From: the human T2T-CHM13v2.0 reference genome, Homo sapiens
Assembly: GCF_009914755.1 (NCBI RefSeq)
Contig: NC_060928.1
Direction: 5' to 3' (one strand)
DNA: 64,000 nt
The notes beneath the pieces are model-generated. The model saw nothing but the letters and a program-made list of their open reading frames with translations. It was not told the origin of the DNA and did no database searches. Numbering within the stretch: the stretch's first letter is position 1; each line of letters opens with the position of its first letter. Positions 50,870 to 64,000 of the stretch are shown one piece after another. The position numbers and the translations under genes are program-made.

Positions 50870-51759
50870 TTATGTATATTTAACCACAATTTTTTTAAAA
50901 AAGCACAAGAGACGGCATGTTTCATCAATTAGAATGGCAAAATTCACAGTTGATTATTGTACTGTACTGTGGGGGAATAGCAGGAAACAATATGGTGGGA
51001 CTATAAATTGGTACAAGCACTAAGGAAAATAATTTGGCAACATCTACCAAAATTATAAGGGGACAGAAACTTTGATGTAGTGATTCAATTTCTAGCAATT
51101 TACCCTACAAATATTTCCAAATGTAGGAAAACAAAGTATCTACAAAGTTATCCTCTGCAGCACTGTTTCTAATAGAGCAAAATGTAATCATTCACATACA
51201 GTCAACACAGCAACTTTTAAACTGATATAATTTCTTAATACACTGTTAGATTTTTAGGGATCAGAATAATAAATATGGCATGCTATCATTTGTTTAGTAA
51301 AAGGAAATACATAAGTATATATGCTTACAGTTACTCATATATGTGTATATATATACATATGTATATATATACACACATGCACCCCTGGCTTGTATTAAAT
51401 AATATCTACGGAGAGATACACAATAAACTAGTAATACTGCCTACAAAGAAGGCATTTAATAGTTGAAAAGATTTTTCAATCTTTTGTACTTTCTGAATTT
51501 TGAACCATACAAATGTATTATCTATTCAAAACAATAAATATTAAAACAATAATATCTGATAGAAATAGTAAGAATACTGGCTAAATCAATTTCTCCAATT
51601 AAAATCCTTCAACAATTCCCCATCTCCAAACTCCTCACTTTTGACATTCAAAGTTTTCTTATGGCATCATGCTTCTTTTCAAGTATATGAACTATGCTCC
51701 AGAAAAAAGTACCTCAGCCTCTAGTCAAATAAGACAGCTTTCCTCACATTTTACTAAGA

Positions 51760-52361
<602 letters not shown>

Positions 52362-53768
52362 ACTAAGAATTTCTTTAAAGCCACAAATAAGCAATTTTGG
52401 ACATAATAAAATTTTGTGAGCCACATATAAACAATTTTAGAGTATATGAATGGAAAAGCTCAACTTCGATCAATCTGGAACACATACTTAGGTTAAGCAT
52501 TAAGCTCTCATCAGGTGTTTCAGATATTCTATAGACAGGCTGTCTTGAAGGGAAACATGGTAAAGGCATGGCAACAGGTTTCAAGAAGTCTTTTGGCGCT
52601 GTATGCAGCTACAATCCATACATACAGTTCTGCCTAAGCAATAAATACCATCTTGAATAGTGGGAGGGGATCCATTTATCTTCTCAGGAAAAAAGTTCTT
52701 TATCTTCCTTTATTCGAAAAAGCAGAAAGCAAAAATGGAATTTCTATTAGACTTTTTTCAAAATATTTTTTCTTCTCTGTAAGTCTATTCAGACAATATT
52801 CAACAGATTTTGTAGTAGAAACTACCAACAGGTAAATAAAGAATGTACATTCGTGAAAAGGTGTCATGTTCATGACTTAGACTAGAAGGCAGGAGATTAG
52901 ACAGGGCAAAATTTACTTGGAATACAATGTCAATGTACTATTCACACGACCTCAAAAGAACTTCTGTGGTCAAGTCCGACGACCTTTATTAAATTCCTGA
53001 CAGTGACTTTTAACGTGAAAAAAACCTGTTTTCCCACAAAATAGGCTCCTTACATTTCACCTAGAACAATGGATATTTTAAGTGAAACAGATCTGTAGAA
53101 CCTCTAAAACCAGACAAATGTAAACTAGAAACAAGGAGTTACTTCTCTCCAAATTTGGCTCCCCTCCATCAGCTCTACAATACTGCTGCATCATAAAAAA
53201 AGGTCATTAACTTAGATTGGATGCCACTTTTAATCCTTCATAAACATTTCTAATGAAACATACCAAGGCAATAAAAAATATTTCTGCTTCCTAAAGCATA
53301 TCTTAAAGAACAAAAAATAGGCCTGCAAAAAAAGTTATGATAAACTCTTAAAGTAGTACAACAATTAATGCCTTACATATGGAAACTGTGTCAAATCATG
53401 GAAACGGAAATCTAAGATTACAGGGTAACCAGCTAACTACTACTCATATTCGCTTCCTAATTAAAATTTATCAGTAATTTAAGATTGGACACAACATAAG
53501 CAATGCAAATGCTTGCTTATCCATACTAAGATTCCTATTATTTTAATCCCATTACCGCTCTAGTTTTTAAAAATACCGTAATGTCCAAGAATCGCTTTGT
53601 TAATACAGAGTGTCTTAGAGAATTAACATTTAAATGAGATTAAGGTATTTTCCCTGCAAACACTTAAGGTATCTGTGTAATCTCAATATAAGCAGTTCTA
53701 CGCACATCTCATTTCCAGGATGATTTTTACCATTTTGCATGTCATTCCTTCCCCCAAGTGGAACTCAC

Positions 53769-53892
53769 CTCAGTGACACAGGACGTTAGTAGGAATAACG
53801 GTGATGACTAATAAGCATCAGTCTAGGTGTGGCAGTCTTCCTACGGGGCTTAATAAAGCAGAGGTACCATCCCGCATTTTGAAAATGACATC
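53769..53892 (-). other. NEK1: NEK1 non-coding 5'UTR exon 2
   Basis: Acceptor ggtttctctttcag and donor GAG|gtgagt just downstream of the CpG island. Confidence 0.8.
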
Positions 53893-53970
53893 CTGAAAGA
53901 GAAACCAAGACTGTCTAACCAGCAGCAGCTCACAGTCCAGACTGAAAGGGGGCACTGAGACTCTCCACAC

Positions 53971-54380
53971 CTGACACTCGTCTTCAGTTGATACCACGGG
54001 TTTGACTCCGTCCTGTCTCGGGCGACGCCCGTAAGACAGGTCGACACTACCCCGACGAAACAAACAAACTGGTTTCTGAGCCCCGTAGAAACGGCGGGGT
54101 GCAGCAGGGGGAGTGCCTCCGTTACCGCCTCTCCAACTTCACAGAGGTCGTTGCTAGTGGCCACGGCGGGGTGGGGACGGGCGGCGTTCGGGACTGGGAA
54201 GCTACTTGACTGCCACGTGCTCCTGCCTCGCAACAGCGGCTCTAGATTCCGAGTTATGGGGACAACTGCTCGAGAGGCCAGGGTAGGGTAAGGACTCCGC
54301 AACCTAGGGTCCCAAAACCCTGGAGCGAATGCGTACTAAGGGAGAGCGGCCGGCGCGTCACCGGCGCTGGCGTGTGACGT
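53971..54380 (-). other. NEK1: NEK1 non-coding exon 1 (TSS approximate)
   Basis: CpG-rich; donor CAG|gtgtgg at 53970 gives a 78-nt intron to exon 2. Confidence 0.65.
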
Positions 54381-54570
54381 CAGCGCGTGGAAGGCGGCAC
54401 GCAGCGGAGGCGGCTGGGAAGGAGCAGTGAGGCTGGGCTAGAACCGTAGGGTCGGGCGGGGTGCTGTGCGAAGGGGCGGGCGGGGTGCTGTGCGAAGGGG
54501 CGGGCGGGGTGCTGTGCGAAGGGACGGGAGGGGCGGGCTCTGCAGGCGGGAAGACAGAAAGGACGAGACG
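53975..54570. promoter_or_regulatory. CpG island / NEK1 promoter with CRE (TGACGTCA 54375-54382) and GC boxes
   Basis: High CpG and GC density against an AT-rich background; TATA-less; motifs read directly. Confidence 0.9.
54453..54524. repeat. 3 x 24-bp tandem repeat (CGGGCGGGGTGCTGTGCGAAGGGG) in NEK1 promoter
   Basis: Three near-identical units; appears as RPFAQHPA x3 in the ORF track. Confidence 0.95.
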
Positions 54571-55988
54571 GGAGAGATGAAAAGGATGGAGAGAGTGTAA
54601 AGCTGTTAAGAGTCATGCAGAGATGCGGGAGAGAACTCACTAGTTGAAACCAATTTGGAATATAAAGCATATAAAATTTTCCCACAGCTACTACACCGAG
54701 AAAGGGACTTTTTTATTTTACATGAAAGCGCACTACTTAGGGATGCCACATTTTAAAGAGCAATTTTGCTTTAAAAAGCAAGTCTTTTCCTATTATATCT
54801 TGGATGGTTGAAACAGAAGAATGTTTAAGTCTTGAGATATTTTTAAAAAGCTGTATGGGGTTTTCTACACCTTTACATCTAATGTATGTATAAATTACTT
54901 GTCTGTATGTTGAAGGGTTTGGAAATGTACAGCAGTCTAAGTACATTTTTTCACTGCAGGACTGGCGAAGGTAGGAAGAGATTCCCCTAAAACTATAATA
55001 AGGGATATCATCTGGCGTCATCCTGAGTGGCCCTACTCAGGGCAACTTTATTCCTAGGGACATTGAAAGATTTTGGCGGCTTTGCCAGACGATGGCGCTG
55101 CAAGTCACCCAACCTGAAAAGCTGGAGAGTTTGTTTTATCTCCTCTTCAATCGCCATACAGCTACAAAAGACTTATTTTCCTCATTCTTTCTACTTCTAG
55201 TCTACACTCCTGTGGGCCCTCCTACCCCCAGTTAGTAGGAATTATCATGTCTGAATGCACAATTGTAGTTCTACCCACATCCTTTTGTACATCAAAGTGA
55301 AGTGAAATGTTGCCAATTACTAATCTAAGCAAATTCTTTTTGCTGCTTACAGGAAGAATGGCTAGTCAGCTAACCTCCTTAGATAATTCTTTAGGCTCAT
55401 GTCATAAACTATTGGTAGGACTACAAACTGCTACAGTCTTTCTAGAAGGTATGCTAGCAGTATGCATATCCTTTGACTCAGCAATTTAACTTCTGGAACA
55501 AGTGAGCAATGATTTATATACAAGGATAACCGTTATTGTTTATAACCAGAAAAACTAGAAATACTGTAAATGTATAACAATAAAGAATTGATTAAATTAT
55601 AATATATCCAAACAATGAAATACTCTAAAGCCATTTAAAAGAGTAATCAAGATCTACTTTATTGACATACAAAGATACCATTGATATATTGATGAGTAAA
55701 TAAAGCAGGTTACCTAAGAAGATTACCTGATTTCCCTTTCTGGTTTATATACCCCTGTACAATTGAATTTTTTTTTTATTTTTAAACAAGAGTGCTTTGG
55801 GGTTTCTTTTTCTTTAAATATTTTATTGGACTTTTCTTTCAAACAAAAAAGTTTTTGCTTCTTGCAACAAGCCAGTAACACAAGTACACAAAGATAAAGC
55901 CTATCGTCTCCTTCCCAGAGCTCTTCTGTGCTGTCCTCCACGAAACCAATGTTAACAGTTAATTAATATCATCTACATTTTTCTCTAA

Positions 55989-56398
<410 letters not shown>

Positions 56399-57011
56399 GG
56401 ACTATAGTATACATATTATTTTGCAACGTACATTTTTAAATTTAATAGTATATGAACATCTATGCGGATATCAACTAATTCTTGTGAATGATATTGATAT
56501 TTCATGATATGGCTATACCAAAATCTACTCCATTCAGTAGACATATTGTTTCCAATGGTATAATTACTTCTGTGGGATAGATTTCGAAAAGTAGGTTTGC
56601 TGGGTCAAAATGTATGCATATTTTTTCACTTTAACACTCCTATGTCTTGGTTATGAAAATTTCTTAACTCCTTATTAATAGTGGTAGTACAATATAGTAA
56701 ATGGAAGGGGACTAGCAGTATACCTAAGCTATTCTACTAGAGATTTTTCAGAAATATATTCTGCCATGCATTCACAATTAAGCACTATATGTTAGATGAT
56801 GGGGACAAACATATTCAAAGAATGGATATTGTTATTCCTTCTTTCTAGAAAGCAGGCAGCAAGGTGAAACAAAATAGAGAATAACAAATTAGAGCAAATG
56901 GTTGGTATAGAACTACACTATTTTCCCTTTGTGAAATTATTATGTAAATGATTTTATTAAAAGACTATGTATTTATGAAGGCATAAGTTCTGATTATACT
57001 CACCTAAAATC

Positions 57012-57243
57012 TTTTTTTTTAAATTATACTTTAAGTTTTAGGGTACTTGTGTACAACATGCAGGTTACATATGTATACATGTGCCATGTTGGTGTGCTGC
57101 ACCCATTAACTCGTCATTTAACATGTTAATGCTAACCCTCCCCCCTCCTCCCACCCCAGAACAGGCCCCGGTGTGTGATGTTCCCCTTCCTGTGTCCTTG
57201 TGTTCTCATTGTTCAATTCCCACCTATGAGTGAGAATATGCAT
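57012..57243 (-). mobile_element. 5'-truncated L1PA 3' end
   Basis: attatactttaagttttagggtac...cccacctatgagtgagaatatgc; TSD atact(c/t)accta(a/c)aatctttt. Confidence 0.93.
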
Positions 57244-58077
57244 ACTTACCTACAATCTTTTGTGATTAGAGAAGGGCCTAAAATACTAAATATGAAGAAA
57301 AGCATTCTCTAAAATCCAGATCTTTTACAGACATGTAATATTCAAATCCAAGGGAGAAAAAAAAGTCAATGTCTTGGCATTTAGTACTCCATCTTGCTAC
57401 ATTCTAGGCGAGAAATTTTTAGTTATTTAAGCCACGTTCCTGAAAGTCTACTCTAGCCTTATGTGGTTTGAACTCACTGTTAACTCTGCATAGCTACGAG
57501 TTAAACTGTAGCAGCCTACTGAATTTCTGGATCTTAATCTGGTAGGCCCAGCTCCATATGCAAAGATAAAACATCTAGTCAGCTTTTGAGTTTCTGGCTT
57601 TCTGAATTGGGTCACCTGCCAGGGCTCACAGATGAGTCCACCACCTGAAAAGAATGATCATAATCTGTATCTAGGATGAATAAAACAAAACACTGTGCCC
57701 TTAGTTGTGTGCAGCCTGAGAAATGAGTCACTTCATGAGACTGTTTTCAGGATATGATTGGCTGAAAGAGCTTTGAGTGTATCAAGTCCTACTGAGGCAG
57801 TTTTGTGGGAAACAATCACACTAAACTGGAAGACTGTTTGCCATGTCAAAGGTCTCGAATTGTAATTAGAAGTGCAAAGCTATTTCGGATAACTTCTTGT
57901 TATTTTTGGGGAAAAGACAAAAGACAAGAAAAGGTCATTTTCACTTCTATGATGTTAGTGGAATCAGGAGGAAATTCTAGACTAGAACCATGCTACTATT
58001 TTCATAATAGAATGTTTTAATCCCTTCTATTCTCTCTCTTTCCAATGTGTCTGAAACATAAACAATAAGATCAAAGT

Positions 58078-58603
<526 letters not shown>

Positions 58604-59261
58604 TAGAGCTATACAATCTTGTTTGGTTTTTCTGTGCAACTTTTTTTAAGTGTATTCTTTTAAGTTGTTATGGTAAGTAATCCTATTTCTAGGTTTTTTT
58701 ATTTCAAGGAAAGTTCAGAGTAACTTTACTGGTCCAGGGAGCAAGATAGAAGAAACTGAGATATGATTCCCAGTGCTCTTTACTTTGCCACTTCTATAAA
58801 ATAGCATCATCCAACTTGCCACTCCCAGAGAGAGAATTGCTGACAGAGGGCAAGGTTTATACCACCTCCACTCACTGGTAATGTCTATCATTTGTTTCTC
58901 TTGTTTCAATCTGCCAGGGTTCCAGATATACTAGTGAACAGGCTATCCTACACCTGGTTGTAATTGGTAAACTCTTACACTGTGAGTCAATCTTTTTGTC
59001 CTTTTTCCCTTTCCTTGAGGCCCCAAGAGTTTTGTTGGTTGGTTGGTGGCAGAAGTGTGAAGCTAATTTAAATATTGGTTGAGTATTCGTTATTAACTTA
59101 AACTCCAACCAGTCCTAGCCCAAAAATCTGATTTACAGTGGAAGAAACTGACCCTTTTCACATAACTTATTTTGCTGTGTCTCCAAATACTTCCTGTATA
59201 CTGGGGGCCTTTTAAAAAATGCATACTGAGACTTGTGGTTAAAAGATGAATTTAAGCACCC

Positions 59262-59969
<708 letters not shown>

Positions 59970-61879
59970 AAACTCTTCTTAGGGTTCTGGGAGCAGTTAT
60001 TTACGGTACAGAGATCAGGTGGGCTGTTAAATTATTTTCATATGGGAGAAAAGCCCACAGTTGGATCTGTAAACCTCCTTACTGGGAATTATCTCAGCCC
60101 TAAGAAGTTCCTTCTTAATCACTCCCACTAAAATAAGGGATGTGGTAAGAATGCCAATCAATCAGCATCCTTTCTGTAGTATTTACCACGATGGAATGAG
60201 ATCAGGCTGAAAGTATTCACATTAGGGCACTTAAAATGTACCAAAGATCTGGCTATGGTGCTTACCCTGTGTTTCCTCCCACCAGTCTGTTGAACAGGAA
60301 GTTCAACATCACCAGATTCTCTGACAAAAACACCAGAGGAATTACAGAGAACGTTTTTTCCCAGATGCGATCTATTGTTTTATCACCAAGCAATCACATA
60401 CCACATTGTTTAAATATATTGCCCCATATGTAACACAGTGTTTCTGACTGAGCACCTTGGATCAACTGGGAAGAGTTAAACACAGGAATGCTTAGGTCCA
60501 ACATTGAAACAATTAAGACAGGATTTCTGGGAGTGGGACCTAAGCAAGGATATTTTTCTGAAGCTCCCTAGATGGCTCTGATGCAAAGTGAAGATTGAGA
60601 ACTACTGGTGCGATGATTATGTATGCCAGAAACCATGACTTTAAGTTCTTATAAAGGAATAAGGTAGTACATAATAGGGATAATATTACAAAAAACCAAA
60701 CGTACAAATAGACTTGTTCTTGCACACTTAAGAGAGATCCTTGGAACAATCCTCCATTAAGAAACTACGACACTACCATGAAATAATTTTTCATCCTTAT
60801 AGAAAGCAGGTAAGATTGACTAATAGACCACAACTACTGTCTACATTCTCAAAATCCATGTGCCTTTCCAAAATTAGCTACGTAACTACAGTGAGAGAGA
60901 AAAAAAAATGTGAGTAAATGTCTTGTGAAAAATTCCACTTGGTTTGGAAAAATTTTTGCCTGCTTTTCCACATTTTCTAAGAAGAATCTAAAGATCTTGG
61001 CCAACAGTGTCCCAGGTAAGAGAAAATCGTGCTTGGGTATTTCCATAGTTCTACAAACTCTACCTGGATAAAAGTAATGAAAGAGGTCCTAAGAAGCTTG
61101 ACCGCACTGTGATCACCACCATGGGCACTATACCAGCTCTGAAGCCCAGAACTGTCTTTGAGAATATTCAATCTGCCCTAGAAGAAATAGGAGAACAAAA
61201 CTCACGTGTTCCTAGCCTGCAAAACAGTCGGTGGAGCACGTATATGTAAAAATAGAAAAGGCTGGCAAGACCAGGTCATATTTAATATTCATGAGGCACA
61301 AGATATACAACACGCACTTAATATTCATTAATCAGTATATATTCATAATATACTAAATATACAGGAGATATTAAACGTTCACGGGTCTTAATTCTGCCAC
61401 CCAGTGGAGACACTCAAAAGTGATCTCGCCAAAGAAATGCAAAACCTGTACCTGCCCACCAGGCTATTAGCATGCTACTGCTGTGGCCACCATTCTTTCA
61501 CTGCATCGCCCTGCCCTGCATCGGAATATAGCACCTTGAACACGGGATCAGGTTTACTGAATTCTGTGACCCACGCTGGGAGCTCAATAAATGTTTGCTA
61601 AACGGAAATGAACCCAATTCAGACCGTGTAGAAACCCCAGATTATATCTTTTCTCCAAACATTCAATTTCTAAGCAGTATTTTTGAAAATGCGTGATGGC
61701 TAAATTCGAGTTATCCTTTTTGTATGTATGTTAGGCACACAACCGGCGATGACATACAAGGCGAGGTGACACCACTGCACTCCCAGCCCGCACGTCACCT
61801 ATAAGCACAGGGGGCTTTTGGTGCTGGTTTATTTTCGAAGGCTGGTACTTCTCTTCGATCTAAGTTTTAGGAACCTGTG

Positions 61880-62460
61880 CTCGTCGACGGCTGCCAATAC
61901 TTTTTATTTTCAAGGCTGACGCTCGCCAGAGTTTCACAAGCTGCTCCCGGACGCTGTGGTCTCTCGCTAGAGTGGATCCGAACTCTGCGTGACGCTGGGA
62001 ACGGCCAGCGTCTGTTGCCTCACGAAAACATCTCCCACAAGGTGGCCGCCTCGCGCGAGGTCAGCAGCAGGGCAAACAGGGATGCGTGAGTGACTGACGT
62101 GAGCTAATCGCTAATGACAGGCTTCACAGCCCCGGCGGCCCTCAGAGCCAGGCACCTCGCACCCCTCCTCCTCCTCGAGACCCAGTCCCGGCCCGCCCAC
62201 CGTTCCCACGCCGCCCAATAGGCGCCGACGCGACTCAGCGAGTGGCCGGAGGAGGAGGTGTTGGGACGGCCGGACGCTGAACGGCCGTTCACGTCAACGT
62301 AGTGACGTCACGCGTCGACGCTGGGGCGTACCTTTCGGGCTCCTGACTCCTGCCGCTTCTCTTCCCCTTCCGTGGGTCAGGGCCGGTCCGGTCCGGAACC
62401 TGCAGCCCCTTTCCCAGTGTTCTAGTTCGCCCGTGACCCGGAATAATGAGCAAGGAGGGT
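61880..62460. promoter_or_regulatory. CpG island / CLCN3 promoter with CRE palindrome GTGACGTCAC (62302-62311), CCAAT and GC boxes
   Basis: Dense CpG; cccgccc ~62192, gcccaat ~62213, several ACGT cores. Confidence 0.88.
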
Positions 62461-62844
62461 GTGGTGGGTTGAAAGCCATCCTACTTTACTCCCGAGTTAG
62501 AGCATGGATTCAGTTTTAGTCTTAAGGGGGAAGTGAGATTGGAGATTTTTATTTTTAATTTTGGGCAGAAGCAGGTTGACTCTAGGGATCTCCAGAGCGA
62601 GAGGATTTAACTTCATGTTGCTCCCGTGTTTGAAGGAGGACAATAAAAGTCCCACCGGGCAAAATTTTCGTAACCTCTGCGGTAGAAAACGTCAGGTATC
62701 TTTTAAATCGCGATAGTTTTCGCTGTGTCAGGCTTTCTTCGGTGGAGCTCCGAGGGTAGCTAGGTTCTAGGTTTGAAACAGATGCAGAATCCAAAGGCAG
62801 CGCAAAAAACAGCCACCGATTTTGCTATGTCTCTGAGCTGCGAG
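62295..62844 (+). other. CLCN3: CLCN3 non-coding exon 1; intron 1 continues to window end
   Basis: Strong donor GAG|gtgagt at 62845; sequence agrees with my recollection of the CLCN3 5'UTR, and CLCN3 is the known divergent neighbour of NEK1 on 4q33; no CLCN3 CDS in window. Confidence 0.85.
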
Positions 62845-64000
62845 GTGAGTTGCATTGTATGAGCGAAGAGTTGTCAGCTCTCCTGTTCACAGATTTTGGG
62901 TCAACTGTGAGGCCACAGCGCTCATCTTGGTTTCTCTTACAATGTACCTACATAATGTTGAAAGGTACATCGTGAATTGGGATGCTAACCCATCCTGATT
63001 AGGTATATACCCTCAGACATTCTTTAAAATTTCACACATCTGCTTCAGGAACCGTCGAAGGACCTCTGAATAAAATGGAAGTGGGTTCCAGGAGAAGATT
63101 AACTTTAAACTTAGAGGAGTGGGTTTTACTTTCGCTAAATTTTCCCCAATTTAAAAATAATATTCAGTTTTTCTATCTTTAGATATATATGTATGTAAAA
63201 TATTTTTTGTGTATATATATTTGTGGTTTGATCTTAAACTTGACCAGAAACTGCCTTAGAATCTCAGAAATTGACTTTGCATGTGGTATGCTTTGTTTGT
63301 ATGGCATTTTAAAACTGCGGAGCATATAGAAGATAATTACATATGCATTGTGCATATTAGAAACTGAGATTTCTGTTTCCTTTAGAAAGAAATTCCTGTT
63401 CATGGAATTGAATCAACAGCGACCATACCTTTTACACAGATATATAATTCAAAAGTTCAGTTCTACAAACGTAAACTTTTGGAGCTATGCAGTTCAGTTA
63501 CTGCAGCATCATTGTGGCTTGTATAATTGTTGAATCTTTCCAGAAATGCTTTTACTTTCATCTTTAAAGAGTTAATTTAGAAGATTTTTTTTTATGAGGT
63601 CGGTATGGAAATAACTGCGTCCCTTTGTGAGTCACTACAAAATAATATTTGTTCAGTTCAGGAGTACATATGGGAGTTAAAGTGCTTGTGTATAAATTGT
63701 TGACTTTCATCTTAAAAGGTGCTGCTGCTATTCAGTGTCTTGTTCTATAATATGGCTTTAAAAACCATGTGTGTGACCTACAGATATTTTCTCAACTTGA
63801 ATATGCGTATATGGCCTCTGGTTAATACAGACAGCCACTGTTGGCAGAATTCATCACAGATTGCATACCCTTCCCACCCCTTACTCCCCTCAGCACCTCG
63901 AAAACTTTGCTGCTTTACTTGAATGATGAGTCACATTATTTTAAGAAGTCAATATGAATGTATAGTACCTACATTTTTACTTGGAAATTGTACTTCAGTA

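Noticed and set aside
52380-52442. Short imperfect 40-nt-period duplication
   Set aside because: About 23 nt of AT-rich similarity with 3 mismatches; no functional implication
54380-54685. 101-aa ORF with RPFAQHPA x3
   Set aside because: Translation of the promoter VNTR, upstream of the apparent TSS
55083-55100. CTCF/YY1-like motif gccagacgatggcgct
   Set aside because: Two mismatches in the CTCF core and incomplete YY1 flanks; not supportable from sequence alone
62845-64000. Possible CLCN3 coding sequence
   Set aside because: No ClC-like peptide in any frame; this is intron 1

Overview
Human (primate) genomic DNA. The minus strand carries the 5' part of NEK1: two non-coding exons (~53769-54380) and 14 coding exons (44372 down to 3215). 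I spliced these by hand; all have GT-AG junctions, and they give 1266 nt of uninterrupted CDS (aa 1-422: kinase domain, basic region, start of the coiled coils). The gene continues past position 1. About 8 kb upstream and head-to-head, a second CpG-island promoter drives the long non-coding exon 1 of CLCN3 on the plus strand (~62295-62844); this call rests on recalled mRNA sequence and synteny. The rest is AT-rich intronic or intergenic DNA with ~30 Alus, old L1/L2/MIR/LTR/DNA-transposon fragments and one full-length SVA with TSDs (11157-12953), antisense within a NEK1 intron. Nearly all ORFs in the supplied track are repeat-derived or chance. I see no evidence for a wholly new multi-gene system. 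The best leads are regulatory: the SVA, a 3x24-bp GC-box VNTR in the NEK1 promoter, uORF-rich leaders in both genes, a candidate 5-nt poison microexon, a candidate recursive splice site and a MADE1 hairpin. Exon numbers are my own count; repeat subfamilies and most repeat boundaries are by eye and approximate.
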